Assembly (NCBI GenBank): GCA_035762685.1
Contig: DASTNW010000063.1
Coordinates: 1,732 to 65,731, forward strand
Reading direction: 5' to 3'
Length of the DNA: 64,000 nucleotides
From: Solirubrobacterales bacterium
GTDB lineage: Bacteria; Actinomycetota; Thermoleophilia; Solirubrobacterales; 70-9
Positions 54,772 to 64,000 of this stretch are shown here, piece by piece. The first letter of the stretch is position 1; the number at the start of each line of letters is the position of its first letter. A program made the position numbers and the translations under genes. Under the pieces are notes generated by a model. That model was given only the letters and a program-made list of their open reading frames with translations. It did no database searches and was not told the DNA's origin.

Positions 54772-55188
54772 ATGGCCGTACACACCGAGCAGTTCGCCGT
54801 CAGCACGGCGGGCGACACCGACGTCATCGACATCACCGCCAGCGTCCAGGGAGCGACCGAGGAGGCGGGGATCGAGCACGGGCAGGCGCTCGTTTTCGTC
54901 CGCGGCTCGACGGCGGCGATCGCGACCATGGAGTTCGAGCCCGGTGGCGTCCACGACCTGCGGCAGGCCCTGGAGCGCCTGGTCCCGACCAGCGGCGACT
55001 ACGAGCACAACCGCCTCAACCACGACACCAACTCCCACGCTCATCAGCGCGCCACGATCGTCGGCGCCTCCGAGGCCATCCCGGTACTGGCCGGGCGGCT
55101 GGCGCTCGGCACCTGGCAGCAAGTGGTCCTGCTCGACTTCGACGACCGCCCACGCGAGCGGACCGTGGTCGTCCAGCTCAGCGACTGA
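54772..55188 (+). CDS. yjbQ: YjbQ/UPF0047 family protein (secondary thiamine-phosphate synthase)
   Basis: VIDITASV...ALVFVRGSTAAIATMEFEPG...YEHN...NSHAHQRA...GTWQQVVLLDFD. Confidence 0.85.
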   Translation: MAVHTEQFAVSTAGDTDVIDITASVQGATEEAGIEHGQALVFVRGSTAAIATMEFEPGGVHDLRQALERLVPTSGDYEHNRLNHDTNSHAHQRATIVGASEAIPVLAGRLALGTWQQVVLLDFDDRPRERTVVVQLSD

Positions 55189-56344
55189 ATTTGTGCTGGC
55201 CGCCGTGATGGCGGTGTTTGCCGTGCCGTTTGTGCTTGCGCACGCAGCGCACCTTGCCCCTGACCTTCTTCTTGTGGAAGCCCTTGCGGCACTTCTTCGG
55301 CGGTGGAGGCCGCTGAATCAGCGACACCTGGATCGGCTCGGGTTTGGGCTTCGGGAACCTGGGGGCGAGCTGGCCGTTGATCCCGCTGCGCGTTTCCGGA
55401 GGTTTGATCGCGATCGGAGTGGCCTCGGCGGCGGTCGCCGCTCCCTCCCACCACTGCCCGGCGATGTGGCCGAACGGCATGTATTCGAGTTCGAACGCGA
55501 CCAGGTAGGTACCCGCGGGGATGCTGCGGATCGCGTAGTCCCCGGCGGCGTCGGTCCAGTCGCAGGCCTGATACCCGAACGGGTCCGGTTCCTCGGCGCA
55601 GACCATCACGTCCTCCCGCGGGGCCCCGCTGCCGACCTCGCTGACGTGGCCGAGGACCTGGGCGCCGGGGGCAAGCTCCGCGTCGATGCCAGAGACGGTC
55701 GTTCCCGGGGCGGTAACGACCACGTCCGTGGCCTCGGCCCAGGTCTCCGCGTCCTCGTAGAACTCGCGCAGGTAGTTGACGCGGTTGCCGCCTTCGTATT
55801 CGACGCTGTAGGTGCCGGTGGGAAGGCCGTTGAGCTGGTACTGCCCGGCGGCGCCGGTGTTCGCGCAGCGCATGGGGATGCCTTCGTGGTCGATCGCGCA
55901 GGCCCGGATGCCGGCGATCGGCAGCCCGGTCCCTTCCTCGGTCACGGTGCCGCCGACCGAGCCGCCCGCCGCAAGCTCCGCATCGAGCCCGCCGACGTTT
56001 TCTCCCGGACCCAGGTTGAAGAGATCGAGGTCGAAGTAGGAAACGGCGTCGTTGTAGTACTCGCTGACGTAATTGAGGTTCGCGGGTTCGGCATCGAAGC
56101 GAACGACGTATTTGGCCCCGGGCAGGTTTTCCGCTTTGTACTGGCCGCCCGAGCCGGTCTGGGCGCAGACCGTTTCGAACGCTTCCGGTTCCGGGCGAAA
56201 ACAGACCTCGACCCCTGGGATTCCCCCACCGCCCGCGGCGGTGACCGTCCCAGCGACCGATCCTGCCGTGGCGAGCGAGGGCGCCGCCAGCCCCAGCGCT
56301 CCGCACAGCGCCACCACGATCGTCGTCAAGCGCGCCCCTGCCAT
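55178..56344 (-). CDS. secreted protein with repeated carboxypeptidase-regulatory-like (Ig-like) domains and a very basic C-terminal tail
   Basis: Signal peptide MAGARLTTIVVALCGALGLAAPSLATA. Three repeats of G(S)V(A)GTVT...G.P..G..VC. Ends in PPPPKKCRKGFHKKKVRGKVRCVRKHKRHGKHRHHGG. Start at ATG 56344. Confidence 0.7.
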   Translation of the reverse strand: MAGARLTTIVVALCGALGLAAPSLATAGSVAGTVTAAGGGGIPGVEVCFRPEPEAFETVCAQTGSGGQYKAENLPGAKYVVRFDAEPANLNYVSEYYNDAVSYFDLDLFNLGPGENVGGLDAELAAGGSVGGTVTEEGTGLPIAGIRACAIDHEGIPMRCANTGAAGQYQLNGLPTGTYSVEYEGGNRVNYLREFYEDAETWAEATDVVVTAPGTTVSGIDAELAPGAQVLGHVSEVGSGAPREDVMVCAEEPDPFGYQACDWTDAAGDYAIRSIPAGTYLVAFELEYMPFGHIAGQWWEGAATAAEATPIAIKPPETRSGINGQLAPRFPKPKPEPIQVSLIQRPPPPKKCRKGFHKKKVRGKVRCVRKHKRHGKHRHHGGQHKFSR

Positions 56345-56394
56345 CCAGCGTCTCCCCTCGTTTGGACCGGTTTGGCGTTGCAACCGGTGAGGAG

Positions 56395-56928
56395 TCAAGC
56401 AGTTGCGGTCCCGGCCTCCAGCGCCTCGACCAGGGACGAGGCGTCGTAGGCGCCGTAGTGGCGGGCGCCGTTGACGAAGAAGGTCGGGGTGCCGGTGGCG
56501 CCGCTGCGCTCGGCCGAGTCGAGGTCCCGTTCGACGCGGGGGCGACCGGCCCCTGAGTCGAGCTCAGCGGCCATGCGGTCGGCGTCGAGGCCGAGGTCGC
56601 GGCCCACCTCGAGCATGGTCTCGGGTGAGAGCCGGGGCTGGGCCGCGAAGAGCGCGTCGTGGTACTCCCAGAACCTGCCCTGGGCCGCGGCCGCCTCGCT
56701 GGCCTCGGCGGCCAGCGGCGCCAGCGGGTGGCGCTCGGGGATCGGCAGGTGGCGGAAGGCGAAGACGAGGCGGTCGCCGAGCCGCTCGTGCACCCGCCGC
56801 AGCACCGACTGGGCGCCGAGGCAGAAGGGGCACTGGAAGTCACCGAACATGACCAGCTGCAGCGGCCTTCCCAGGTCGCCACGGAGGTGGTCGATCTCCT
56901 CTGGCGGGGGAGTCAGCGTCGCGTTCAT
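56395..56928 (-). CDS. DsbA-family thioredoxin-fold oxidoreductase
   Basis: FGDFQCPFC (CxxC active site), ...FWEYHDALF..., GTPTFFVNG. Confidence 0.8.
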   Translation of the reverse strand: MNATLTPPPEEIDHLRGDLGRPLQLVMFGDFQCPFCLGAQSVLRRVHERLGDRLVFAFRHLPIPERHPLAPLAAEASEAAAAQGRFWEYHDALFAAQPRLSPETMLEVGRDLGLDADRMAAELDSGAGRPRVERDLDSAERSGATGTPTFFVNGARHYGAYDASSLVEALEAGTATA

Positions 56929-56948
56929 TGACAGGATGCTATGCCCGA

Positions 56949-58487
56949 ATGAACAACATCGAGTCGATCCTCGTCCTGATGCTGGCGGCGACGCTGCTGG
57001 TCCGCCTGGCCGACTACGGCAAGGTGCCGGCGCCGATCGTGCTCGTGCTCGGTGGCCTGGCGATCGCCTTCCTGCCGGGCCTGCCCGAAGTCGAGCTCGA
57101 CCCCGACACGATCTTCCTCGTCTTCCTGCCGCCGCTGGTCTTCTCGGCCGGCTGGCGCAGCTCGCCGCGTGAGCTGCGCACGGTGATACGGCCGCTCGGC
57201 CTGCTCTCCGTCCTCCTCGTGTTCGTCACCGCGGCGGCGGTGGCGCTGGCCGCCCACGCCCTCGTCCCGGGCCTGGGCTGGGCCGAGGCGGCGGTCCTCG
57301 GCGCGGTCCTGGCGCCCACCGACGCCGTCGCCGCGATCGCCATCTTCCGCCGCATCGGCGGCCCCGATCGGGTGCGTCTGCTGGTCGAAGGGGAGTCGAT
57401 GATCAACGACGGCACCGCCCTGGTGCTCTACCGGATCGCGATCGGAGTCGCCACCGGCGGCGCCTTCGCCCTCGGCGACGCCGCGCTCGAATTCGTCGCC
57501 GTCTCCGCCGGCGGGATCCTCGTCGGCCTCCTCGTCGGCGCCCTCTCGATCGTCGTCATCCGCCGTCAGACCGACGCCAGCCTCGTCGTCGTCCTCACCG
57601 TGCTCACCGCCTACGGCGCCTACATCGGCGCCGAGGAGCTGGGCGTCTCCGGCATCCTCGCCGCCGTCGCAGCCGGGCTCTACGGCGGCTACCAGTCGCC
57701 GCGCGCGGTCGACGCCGCCACCCGGCTCAGCTCGGTCGCCTTCTGGAACGTCCTCATCTTCACGCTCGAGATGACGCTCTTCGTCCTGCTCGGGCTGCAG
57801 TTGCCCGGGGTCGTCGAGGAGATCGAGGCGAGCTCGTCGGGAATCGCCGAGCTGCTCGGCCCGATCGCGGCGATCGCCGCGGTCTCGATCGCCGTCCGCC
57901 TCGCCTTCGTCTTCGCCATGGGCCCGAGCGCCGGCGAGACCCTGGGCGAGCGCTTCGCCGTCGGCTGGAGCGGGATGCGCGGCGCCGTCTCCCTCGCCGC
58001 GGCGCTGGCGATTCCGCTCAGCGTCTCCGGCCGGCCCCAGATCATCTTCATCACCTTCGCGTTGATCCTGATCACCCTCGTCGGCCAGGGCCTCTCGCTG
58101 CCGTTCGTGATCCGCGAGCTGCGACTGGAGGAGCCTCGACGTTGGAGCGACGAAGAGGCGGTGGCGCGGATGGAGGCCGCGCAGGCGGCGCTCGACCTGA
58201 TCGACGAGATCGAGAACGAGGGGCGGGCCTCGGAGTCGCAGCTACAACGCCTGCGCGACCTCTACCGCGCTCGCTTCCGCATGTGCCAGCAGGTGCTCGG
58301 GGGCGAGGACCCGGACGTGATCGCCCGCGAGCAGCGGCTCGCCGACTACGGCGGCCTGCGCCGCGAGTTGATCGGCGTCGAGCGCGAGGTCCTGCTGCAG
58401 CTGCGCGGCCAGGAACGCCTGCGCAACCTGACGATGCGCCAGATCGAGCGCGACCTCGACCTCGAGGAGGCGCGGATCCGCGCCTGA
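56949..58487 (+). CDS. Na+/H+ antiporter, CPA1 (NhaP-type)
   Basis: About 12 TM helices with LVFLPPLVFSAG and EGESMINDGTALVLY motifs, plus a ~100-aa cytoplasmic C-terminal helical tail. ATG 56949 is preferred over TTG 56928. Confidence 0.85.
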   Translation: MNNIESILVLMLAATLLVRLADYGKVPAPIVLVLGGLAIAFLPGLPEVELDPDTIFLVFLPPLVFSAGWRSSPRELRTVIRPLGLLSVLLVFVTAAAVALAAHALVPGLGWAEAAVLGAVLAPTDAVAAIAIFRRIGGPDRVRLLVEGESMINDGTALVLYRIAIGVATGGAFALGDAALEFVAVSAGGILVGLLVGALSIVVIRRQTDASLVVVLTVLTAYGAYIGAEELGVSGILAAVAAGLYGGYQSPRAVDAATRLSSVAFWNVLIFTLEMTLFVLLGLQLPGVVEEIEASSSGIAELLGPIAAIAAVSIAVRLAFVFAMGPSAGETLGERFAVGWSGMRGAVSLAAALAIPLSVSGRPQIIFITFALILITLVGQGLSLPFVIRELRLEEPRRWSDEEAVARMEAAQAALDLIDEIENEGRASESQLQRLRDLYRARFRMCQQVLGGEDPDVIAREQRLADYGGLRRELIGVEREVLLQLRGQERLRNLTMRQIERDLDLEEARIRA

Positions 58488-58530
58488 GCCCGGGTGCGGT
58501 GGCTGACGCCGTCGACTAGGGGCAGCGCTT

Positions 58531-59829
58531 CTAGTGCAGCGCCGCGGCTGCGGCCTGGCGGAAGTCGGCGAGCATCGCGCCCATCGTCTCGACGTCGCAA
58601 GCGACCATTTCCGGCCACGGCTTGTCGGGGTGCTCCTGCAGGGTCTTGAGCCCGTTGCCGCTGATCACCGCGACCACGGTCTCCTCGGCCCCGAGCTTGC
58701 CCTCGGCCGCCAGCCGCGCGGTGGTGGCGATGGTGGTGCCGCCGGCGGGCTCGGTGAGGATTCCCTCGGTCGCCCCCAAGAGGTCGATCGCGCCGAAGAT
58801 CTCCTCGTCGCTGGGGGTCGCCGCCGAGCCGCCGCGGGTGCGCACCGCGTCGAGGACCAGTGCCCCGTCGCCGGGGGCGCCGATCGCCAGCGAGTGAGCG
58901 GCGGTGTGGGGGGCCTGGGGAACGATGTCCCCGCCCTCGAGGATCGCGGTCGCGATCGGCCCGCAGCCGCCGGCCTGGGCGATGTTGATCTTGGTCGCGG
59001 CGGTCTCCGCCAGGCCGACCTTCTCCAGCTCGTTCAGGCCCTTGTGGACGCGTGAGGAGAGCGTCCCTCCCGCGGCCGGGATCACGAAGTGGTCCGGCGC
59101 GGTCCAGCCGAGCTGCTCGACGACCTCGAAGGCCATCGTCTTCGCCCCCTCGGCGTAGAACGGGCGCAGGGTGATGTTGGCGAACTGGATGCCGCTAGCC
59201 AGGGAGAGCTCACGACAGGCGCGGTTGGCCTGGTCGTAGTTGCCGTCGAGCTGGCAGACCTGGGCGCCGAGCGCCCGGCAGGCCTTCGCCTTGCCCTTCT
59301 CCATGTTGCCCGGGTAGAAGATGTACGCGGTGGCCCCGGCCTTGGCGGCGAGCGCCGCCACCGCGGTGCCGACGTTGCCGGTCGAGACGCAGCCGACCTC
59401 GTCCTTGCCCAGCTCCAGCAGCCGGGCGATCGCCATACTGACCACGCGGTCCTTGTAGGAGAGGGTCGGGCGGTTGGTCGAGTCGTCCTTCAGGTAGAGG
59501 TTCTTGAGGCCGAGCTCGGCGCCAAGCCGGTCGGCGCGGATCAGCGGCGTCTGCCCGGCGAACTCTCCGACCCGGGCCTGCGCGCTCCGCGAGGCGATCG
59601 GCAGCAGCTCCTCGAAGCGCCAGATGTTCTGAGGGCGATCTCCGAGCCCGCGCTCGGCGATCAGCGCCTTGGCGCGCTCGTAGTCGTAGTCGATGTCGAG
59701 GCCCTCGCCGCAGGCCGGGCACTTGAACGCCGTGTCGAGGAGGGGCGTCCGGTAGCCGCAGTCGCGACAGACGAGTTCGGTGGCGCAGGAACTGGTTCGC
59801 AGCCCGTCGGAACCTGCCGACTCGGTCAT
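58531..59829 (-). CDS. thrC: threonine synthase (zinc-ribbon N-terminus type)
   Basis: CRDCGY...CPACG ribbon, a PLP lysine motif PTLSYKDRV, and STGNVGTAVAALAA. ATG 59829 is preceded by GGAGGAGG. Confidence 0.85.
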   Translation of the reverse strand: MTESAGSDGLRTSSCATELVCRDCGYRTPLLDTAFKCPACGEGLDIDYDYERAKALIAERGLGDRPQNIWRFEELLPIASRSAQARVGEFAGQTPLIRADRLGAELGLKNLYLKDDSTNRPTLSYKDRVVSMAIARLLELGKDEVGCVSTGNVGTAVAALAAKAGATAYIFYPGNMEKGKAKACRALGAQVCQLDGNYDQANRACRELSLASGIQFANITLRPFYAEGAKTMAFEVVEQLGWTAPDHFVIPAAGGTLSSRVHKGLNELEKVGLAETAATKINIAQAGGCGPIATAILEGGDIVPQAPHTAAHSLAIGAPGDGALVLDAVRTRGGSAATPSDEEIFGAIDLLGATEGILTEPAGGTTIATTARLAAEGKLGAEETVVAVISGNGLKTLQEHPDKPWPEMVACDVETMGAMLADFRQAAAAALH

Positions 59830-60018
59830 GCCTCCTCCTTTGCCATCGCACGGGTATAACACATGGTCAGTCAGCACTCAATGGTCTCTGCGTAATAATT
59901 AGGGCCTCGCCGCAGCGTCGCCTCGCCTGCAAGGTAGCGGAACTCTCCGCCGCACCGGGATGAGGAACCTTTCTGTCTGTAGAGTTGCTGTCGTCAGTCA
60001 CAAAGAATTCGCCCTTCC

Positions 60019-60285
60019 ATGCGCCCCCAAGAGCGTTTCGCCGCAAACCTTCGCCAGGCCCGCATCAAGGCCGCCATCTCTCAGGAAGAGCTCGGCTACC
60101 GCTGCGACCTGCACCGGACCGAGATCTCGCTGCTCGAGCGCGCCGGCCGCGAGCCGCGGCTGGGGACGATCGTCAAGCTCGCCGGTGCCCTCGGCACCAC
60201 GCCCGCCGAGCTCTGCGCCGGGATCGGCTGGCAGCAGTCGAAGCGGCGCTTCGATGTGAAGCGCCCGCCCCGAGCCGGCGACTGA
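60019..60285 (+). CDS. XRE-family helix-turn-helix regulator
   Basis: FAANLRQARIKAAISQEELGYRCDLHRTEISLLERAGREPRLGTIVKLAGALG is a Cro/C1-type HTH. Confidence 0.7.
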   Translation: MRPQERFAANLRQARIKAAISQEELGYRCDLHRTEISLLERAGREPRLGTIVKLAGALGTTPAELCAGIGWQQSKRRFDVKRPPRAGD

Positions 60286-60524
60286 GTCCGGGCGCGATAA
60301 CGATGAAGTGAGGCGGGGCCGCGCCGGCTATGCCGGCGTCACCAGGCGCCTTGACGGCCCTGGCTCACGACTGGTCCTCCTTTGCCACCCCAAGGCGGTT
60401 TCCCAGTGCGTCTGAGAGCCCCGCCCACTTCACCGGTTTGATCGCCCGGCGACAGCATTCATAACACACCCGCGTGTAACAATCAAGCCAGTTTGCTTAA
60501 TCGGCGGACTTACATCTGAGGCTC

Positions 60525-62771
60525 TCAGGGGGCTGGCGCCGGCGTCTCCGCGGCGACTGGAATCGCCGCCGAATCGGGCCAGGGAGCGGGCAGCCGGGCG
60601 CCGTCGAAACGACCGGAGGCCAGCAACAGCTCCTCCGCCGCGTGCGGGGCAAACGGCGACAGCGCGCGCACCAAGAGGAGCAGGGCGGCGATCTGCGCCT
60701 CGGCGTCGGCGCGGTCGAGCTGGCCGCGGCGTTTGACGACGCGCTTCTCGAAGTCCTGGATCCGCTCGAAGAGGCGGGTGATGTTGCGGACCGCCTTGTG
60801 CATCTGCAGCTGGGCGACGTCGTCGGTGATCCGAGCGAGGCCGTTCTCGCACCATTTGCGCAGACGGTCGCGCATGAACTCGGTGTCGGCGGCGGCCTCC
60901 TCGTCGTGAGGCACGCCCTCCAGCGCCGCGAAGCGGTCGTGTGAGTAGGTCCAGAGATTGCGCAGGAAGCGGCTGGCGAAGCGCAGCGCCCCGTCGCTCC
61001 AGTTGAGCGTCTTGGCCGGGCCCGCCGCATAGAGGACGGCGAGCCGGACCGTGTCGGCGCCGTACTTCTCGACCAGCTCATCCGGGTTGACCACGTTGCC
61101 GAGGTGCTTGCTCATCTTGCGCCCCTCGGCGATCACCATCTCGTGGAAGAGGCAGCCGGCGAACGGCTCGCCGTCCCCGAGGAAGGCGAAGGGGCCGATG
61201 TCGCGCAGCGCCTTGGTGACGACACGCTGGTCGAAGACGAAGCCGCCACTGTCGCCGCCGGCGACGAGGCGCTCGGCCGGCAGCCACTCCTTCAGGTCGG
61301 GATGCTCGAACATCAGCTCCGCCCGGTCCTCGGGCGGGACCGCGGCCGGCACCCAGAGCCAGAGGGCGTCGAAGTGGCAGTCGAGGGTGTCGGTCTCGCG
61401 CTTGGCGGCGCGACCGCAGGCAGGACACTCGGCGTCGACGAAGTCGGGACGCTCCGCCAGCGGATTGCCCTCGCCGGTGGGTCTGATGTCGCGCGGCAGC
61501 ACCACGGGCAGCTCCGCCTCGGGAACCGGCACCGGGCCGCACTCCTCGCAGTGAACGACCGGGATCGGCGTCCCCCAGGAGCGCTGACGCGAGATCGAGA
61601 AATCGTTGGCGCGATAGCGCTTGGCCTCCCGGGCGCCCTCGACCGCGGCGGCGGGGGTAGGCCCGTCTGGATCCTCCCCGTCCTCTCCGGCCCCCTCCCA
61701 GCTGGGGACACGCTCGACCCGCGCCGCGATGTCGCGGTCGGCCTCGTCGACGGCGGGGATCCCGAGCGCCGCGGTGGGGCCGAAGCGGGCGTCGACCAGG
61801 GGTGAGATCAGGACCGGCAATGCCTCCCCGTCCGGCCCCACCACCGAGGCGCCGGTGTCGAAGACGGGCACCGAGGCGGCGTCGCGGGAGCTGCGGTCCC
61901 AGCCGCCCGAGCGCATCAGCTCGAGCTGCTCCCGCACGGCGGCGTCGGCGACCCAAGCGTCCACCTCCGGGTGGCGGGGCGAGAGCAGCACGAAGCTGGC
62001 CAGCCCGAGGGCGGCCCGGTGCGGGCTGAAGACGGTCAACGGACCGCCGTCGCCCTCGAGGTCCAGCTCGACGCCATCGCTGCGGCCGAGGATGTAGCGC
62101 TGCGTCGCCAGCGCCAGGTCGTCCCAGTTCTCCAGCTTCTCGGTGTTGCGGTCGTTCTCCTCGAGGTAGGGCGTGATCCGCAGGAACCAGGTCGGGCGCC
62201 GGACCAGTCGCACCTCGTTGTGGCAGCGCCAGCAGCGACCGTCCTCGACCTGGATCGAGGCCAGCGTCGTCTGGCAGGTGTCGCACCAGTCGACCGTGGC
62301 GTCCTCGCGGTAGATCAGGCCCGCCTCCAGCAGGGTCAGGAACAGCCACTGGGACCAGCGGTACTGGCTCTCGTCGGAGCTGTAGAAGACGCGGTCGTAG
62401 TCGAAGGAGAACCCGAGCCGCTTCATCTGGCCGAGCATGCGCTCGCCGCACTGCGCGACCCAGTCCGCCGGTGGCTCCTGCCGCTCGATCGCCGCCAGCT
62501 CCGCCGGCAGGCCGAAGGCGTCGAAACCGAAGCCCAGCAGCACGGCGTCGCCGCGGGCACGGCGGAACCGGGCGTAGGCGTCGCCGATCGAGTAGTCACG
62601 AACGTGGCCCATATGCAGGTTCCCCGAGGTGAACGGGCTGGACGGCTTGACGTAGACGCGCTCCTGGCCGGGCTCCGGGCGCGGTGCCTCGTAGTCGCCC
62701 CGCTGCTCCCAAGCGTCCTGCCTGGCGGTCTCGATCCGCCCCGCGTCGTAACTGGGTCTCTGCCGAGTCAT
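60525..62771 (-). CDS. leuS: leucine--tRNA ligase
   Basis: HMGHVRDYSIGD (HIGH-type), a Zn-binding CDTC...CWRC segment, KMSKHLGN (KMSKS), and a bacterial LeuS N-terminus. 748 aa, somewhat short for the family. Confidence 0.93.
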   Translation of the reverse strand: MTRQRPSYDAGRIETARQDAWEQRGDYEAPRPEPGQERVYVKPSSPFTSGNLHMGHVRDYSIGDAYARFRRARGDAVLLGFGFDAFGLPAELAAIERQEPPADWVAQCGERMLGQMKRLGFSFDYDRVFYSSDESQYRWSQWLFLTLLEAGLIYREDATVDWCDTCQTTLASIQVEDGRCWRCHNEVRLVRRPTWFLRITPYLEENDRNTEKLENWDDLALATQRYILGRSDGVELDLEGDGGPLTVFSPHRAALGLASFVLLSPRHPEVDAWVADAAVREQLELMRSGGWDRSSRDAASVPVFDTGASVVGPDGEALPVLISPLVDARFGPTAALGIPAVDEADRDIAARVERVPSWEGAGEDGEDPDGPTPAAAVEGAREAKRYRANDFSISRQRSWGTPIPVVHCEECGPVPVPEAELPVVLPRDIRPTGEGNPLAERPDFVDAECPACGRAAKRETDTLDCHFDALWLWVPAAVPPEDRAELMFEHPDLKEWLPAERLVAGGDSGGFVFDQRVVTKALRDIGPFAFLGDGEPFAGCLFHEMVIAEGRKMSKHLGNVVNPDELVEKYGADTVRLAVLYAAGPAKTLNWSDGALRFASRFLRNLWTYSHDRFAALEGVPHDEEAAADTEFMRDRLRKWCENGLARITDDVAQLQMHKAVRNITRLFERIQDFEKRVVKRRGQLDRADAEAQIAALLLLVRALSPFAPHAAEELLLASGRFDGARLPAPWPDSAAIPVAAETPAPAP

Positions 62772-62955
62772 CTCGCCTCAAGGCTAAGCGATAGAGTCGC
62801 CGCTGCCCGTGACACAGTGGGCACCCAGTGGAGTACACGAGCGTACCCATGAGCGGGGGCGGTTCCGTACTCACCGGGTCCAAGCGTGCAAACGGCCCCG
62901 GCGGTGCTACCCACACCCCGGGGCCAGGCCGAGACCTTGAAAGGAGGTCCCAACG

Positions 62956-63324
62956 GTGGGAGAGAGTAGAGAAACCCTTCTAACCGTTTCAGATCCCTGC
63001 TACCCGGATGCGGTGGCGCGGGCCCTGGAGGCGGCGGAGCACTCCCCCGAACCGGTGCAGGCGGGGATCGAAGCCGTGATCGCGATGGCCGAGCTCGACC
63101 CGGAGGGGGCGCGGGCGGCGCTTTGGCGCCTGCAGACAGACTGGCCGACGCTGCAACGGCTCGAGGAGCACGTCGGCGGCGAGCCGACCCAAGCCGCACT
63201 GCGGGTCGGCGCCGCCATCCACCGCGCGCGGGCCGAGCTCGCCTCGCCGACGCCGCAGCTGCGGCGTCGCCTGCCCGAGCTGATGGAGTGGCTCGGCCGC
63301 GCGGACGGGGGCGCGGCGGACTAG
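62956..63324 (+). CDS. hypothetical helical protein
   Basis: 122-aa ORF with a GTG start preceded by GAAAGGAGG. Divergent from leuS. No family recognised. Confidence 0.45.
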   Translation: MGESRETLLTVSDPCYPDAVARALEAAEHSPEPVQAGIEAVIAMAELDPEGARAALWRLQTDWPTLQRLEEHVGGEPTQAALRVGAAIHRARAELASPTPQLRRRLPELMEWLGRADGGAAD

Positions 63325-63337
63325 CTTCGGCGGCCCC

Positions 63338-63832
63338 TCAGGGAGCCGACTGACCTCCGTCCTGGCTGGCACTGGCGCCGTTGACACGTTTGGTCAGCTT
63401 GGCGACACGCTGGTCCAGGCTGGCGATTTCGCCGTCGATCGTCTTCACCCGGCCCTGCAGCGAACTCACTTCCCGGCCCAGCTTCGCCGTCCGCTTCGCC
63501 GACGCGTTCAGCGCCGCGGTCTGGCGCTCGAGCCGGTCGAGCCGGTCGGCGAGATTGACGGCAGCGCTCTGGGACTCCTTCGCGGCCCGCTTGGCCCGGC
63601 CCTGCAGCTTCGACTCTTCTCCGCTCAGGCTCGCCTCGGCGATCCCGAGCTTGTCGACGAGGTTCGAGAGTTCGGAGGCGATCCGGTCCACCTCCTGCTG
63701 ACTGGCGGCATCGTCGCTCGCGCTCTTGGCGTCCATCGCGACTATCAGTCCCAGGCCGCCCAGCAGAAGGGCGGCGATCGCGATCCCGATCGGCAGCCAG
63801 GGCTGTCTGTCTCCGCTTCCCTGCACCCGCAC
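63338..63832 (-). CDS. membrane-anchored coiled-coil protein
   Basis: TM helix WLPIGIAIAALLLGGLGLIVA followed by heptad-like Ala/Leu/Lys/Glu repeats to the end. Confidence 0.55.
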   Translation of the reverse strand: MRVQGSGDRQPWLPIGIAIAALLLGGLGLIVAMDAKSASDDAASQQEVDRIASELSNLVDKLGIAEASLSGEESKLQGRAKRAAKESQSAAVNLADRLDRLERQTAALNASAKRTAKLGREVSSLQGRVKTIDGEIASLDQRVAKLTKRVNGASASQDGGQSAP

Positions 63833-63840
63833 CCTCCTTG

Positions 63841-64000
63841 CTAGGCGAACGTCCAGAGCTTGTTGCCGAGGAAGTTGAAGGGCATCGCGACCGCGACCGC
63901 GATCGCCTGCGCCGTCAGCTCACCGACTCCCCCACCGGCCACCAGCAACTCGAGCACGGCGAGGTTGAGGCCGAGCGAGGCAAGGCTGACGGCGAAGAAG
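63841..64000 (-). CDS. GtrA-family membrane protein, C-terminal fragment (5' end outside window)
   Basis: Hand translation ends ...LNLAVLELLVAGGGVGELTAQAIAVAVAMPFNFLGNKLWTFA-stop. NFLGNKxWTF is the GtrA C-terminal hallmark. Confidence 0.6.
   Translation of the reverse strand, partial: FFAVSLASLGLNLAVLELLVAGGGVGELTAQAIAVAVAMPFNFLGNKLWTFA

Noticed and set aside
53540-56449. 969-aa plus-strand ORF spanning the hydrolase, dtd, yjbQ and secreted-protein loci
   Set aside because: It runs antisense or out of frame through four genes that each have unmistakable family motifs. This is a GC-driven absence of stop codons.
60305-60431. Long-range inverted repeat (GAAGTGAGGCGGGGC ... GCCCCGCCCACTTC) plus an internal CGCCGGC-tat-GCCGGCG hairpin. 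Considered as a small structured RNA or MITE.
   Set aside because: It lies between the convergent stops of the XRE gene and leuS. Bidirectional terminator structures are the simpler explanation, and no match to SRP, 6S, tmRNA or RNase P signatures was seen.
62772-62955. Possible T-box or other riboswitch in the leuS leader. GGCCCCGG...CCGGGGCC hairpin at about 62896-62927, with GGGTAGCACCGCC on the minus strand resembling the T-box core.
   Set aside because: Only about 10 of 13 positions match the T-box consensus. The hairpin lies 5' rather than 3' in the leader. I could not identify a specifier loop or Stem I features. The region is also a divergent promoter zone. A covariance-model scan would settle it.

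Overview
Very GC-rich chromosomal segment with an actinobacterial-type gene order. This is inferred from composition and synteny; the taxon cannot be fixed by eye.

Backbone. Most of the window is minus-strand housekeeping:
- PEP-mutase-family enzyme, then dxs-ispA-(unlisted 56-aa ORF)-nusB-(membrane ORF)-efp
- M24 Xaa-Pro peptidase-aroQ-aroK::aroB fusion-aroC-aroE-mltG-ruvX-alaS
- an IscU-like::MnmA fusion, then aspS-hisS
- MBL hydrolase, formimidoyltransferase, aminopeptidase
- dtd, yjbQ, a DsbA-like protein, an NhaP-type antiporter, thrC and leuS

Many neighbours are joined by 4-nt ATGA/GTGA stop-start overlaps. These show that several longest-ORF calls in the supplied track are N-terminally over-extended (aspS, aroQ, pepP-like, GGDEF, SDR, efp, ltrA).

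Accessory material:
- (i) 1-4.9 kb: lower-GC patch with a RelE/ParE-type toxin-antitoxin pair, a second toxin-like remnant, a DUF4145/HEPN-like fragment and poorly assignable ORFs.
- (ii) 4.9-7.5 kb: an 856-aa serine alpha/beta-hydrolase with a long unknown C-terminal half.
- (iii) 8.4-12.3 kb: three signal-peptide proteins, including a 758-aa parallel beta-helix protein.
- (iv) 18.9-28.9 kb: a block of regulators and enzymes between efp and the pepP-like gene.
- (v) 40.2-41.2 kb: a frameshifted DUF559-type gene.
- (vi) Main hit: a 5.6-kb island (47834-53456) inserted in the 3' half of a tRNA-Met(CAU) gene. It is bounded by a 46-bp direct repeat and has no integrase. It encodes hicBA plus three large unknown proteins (375, 582 and 412 aa) that all share a Y-x-x-R-[S/N]-x-x-V-H signature in a HEPN-like helical context.

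I propose the island as a candidate multi-HEPN RNase defence or abortive-infection module. This rests on motif reading only and needs profile and structure searches. No rRNA gene, CRISPR array or transposase was seen.
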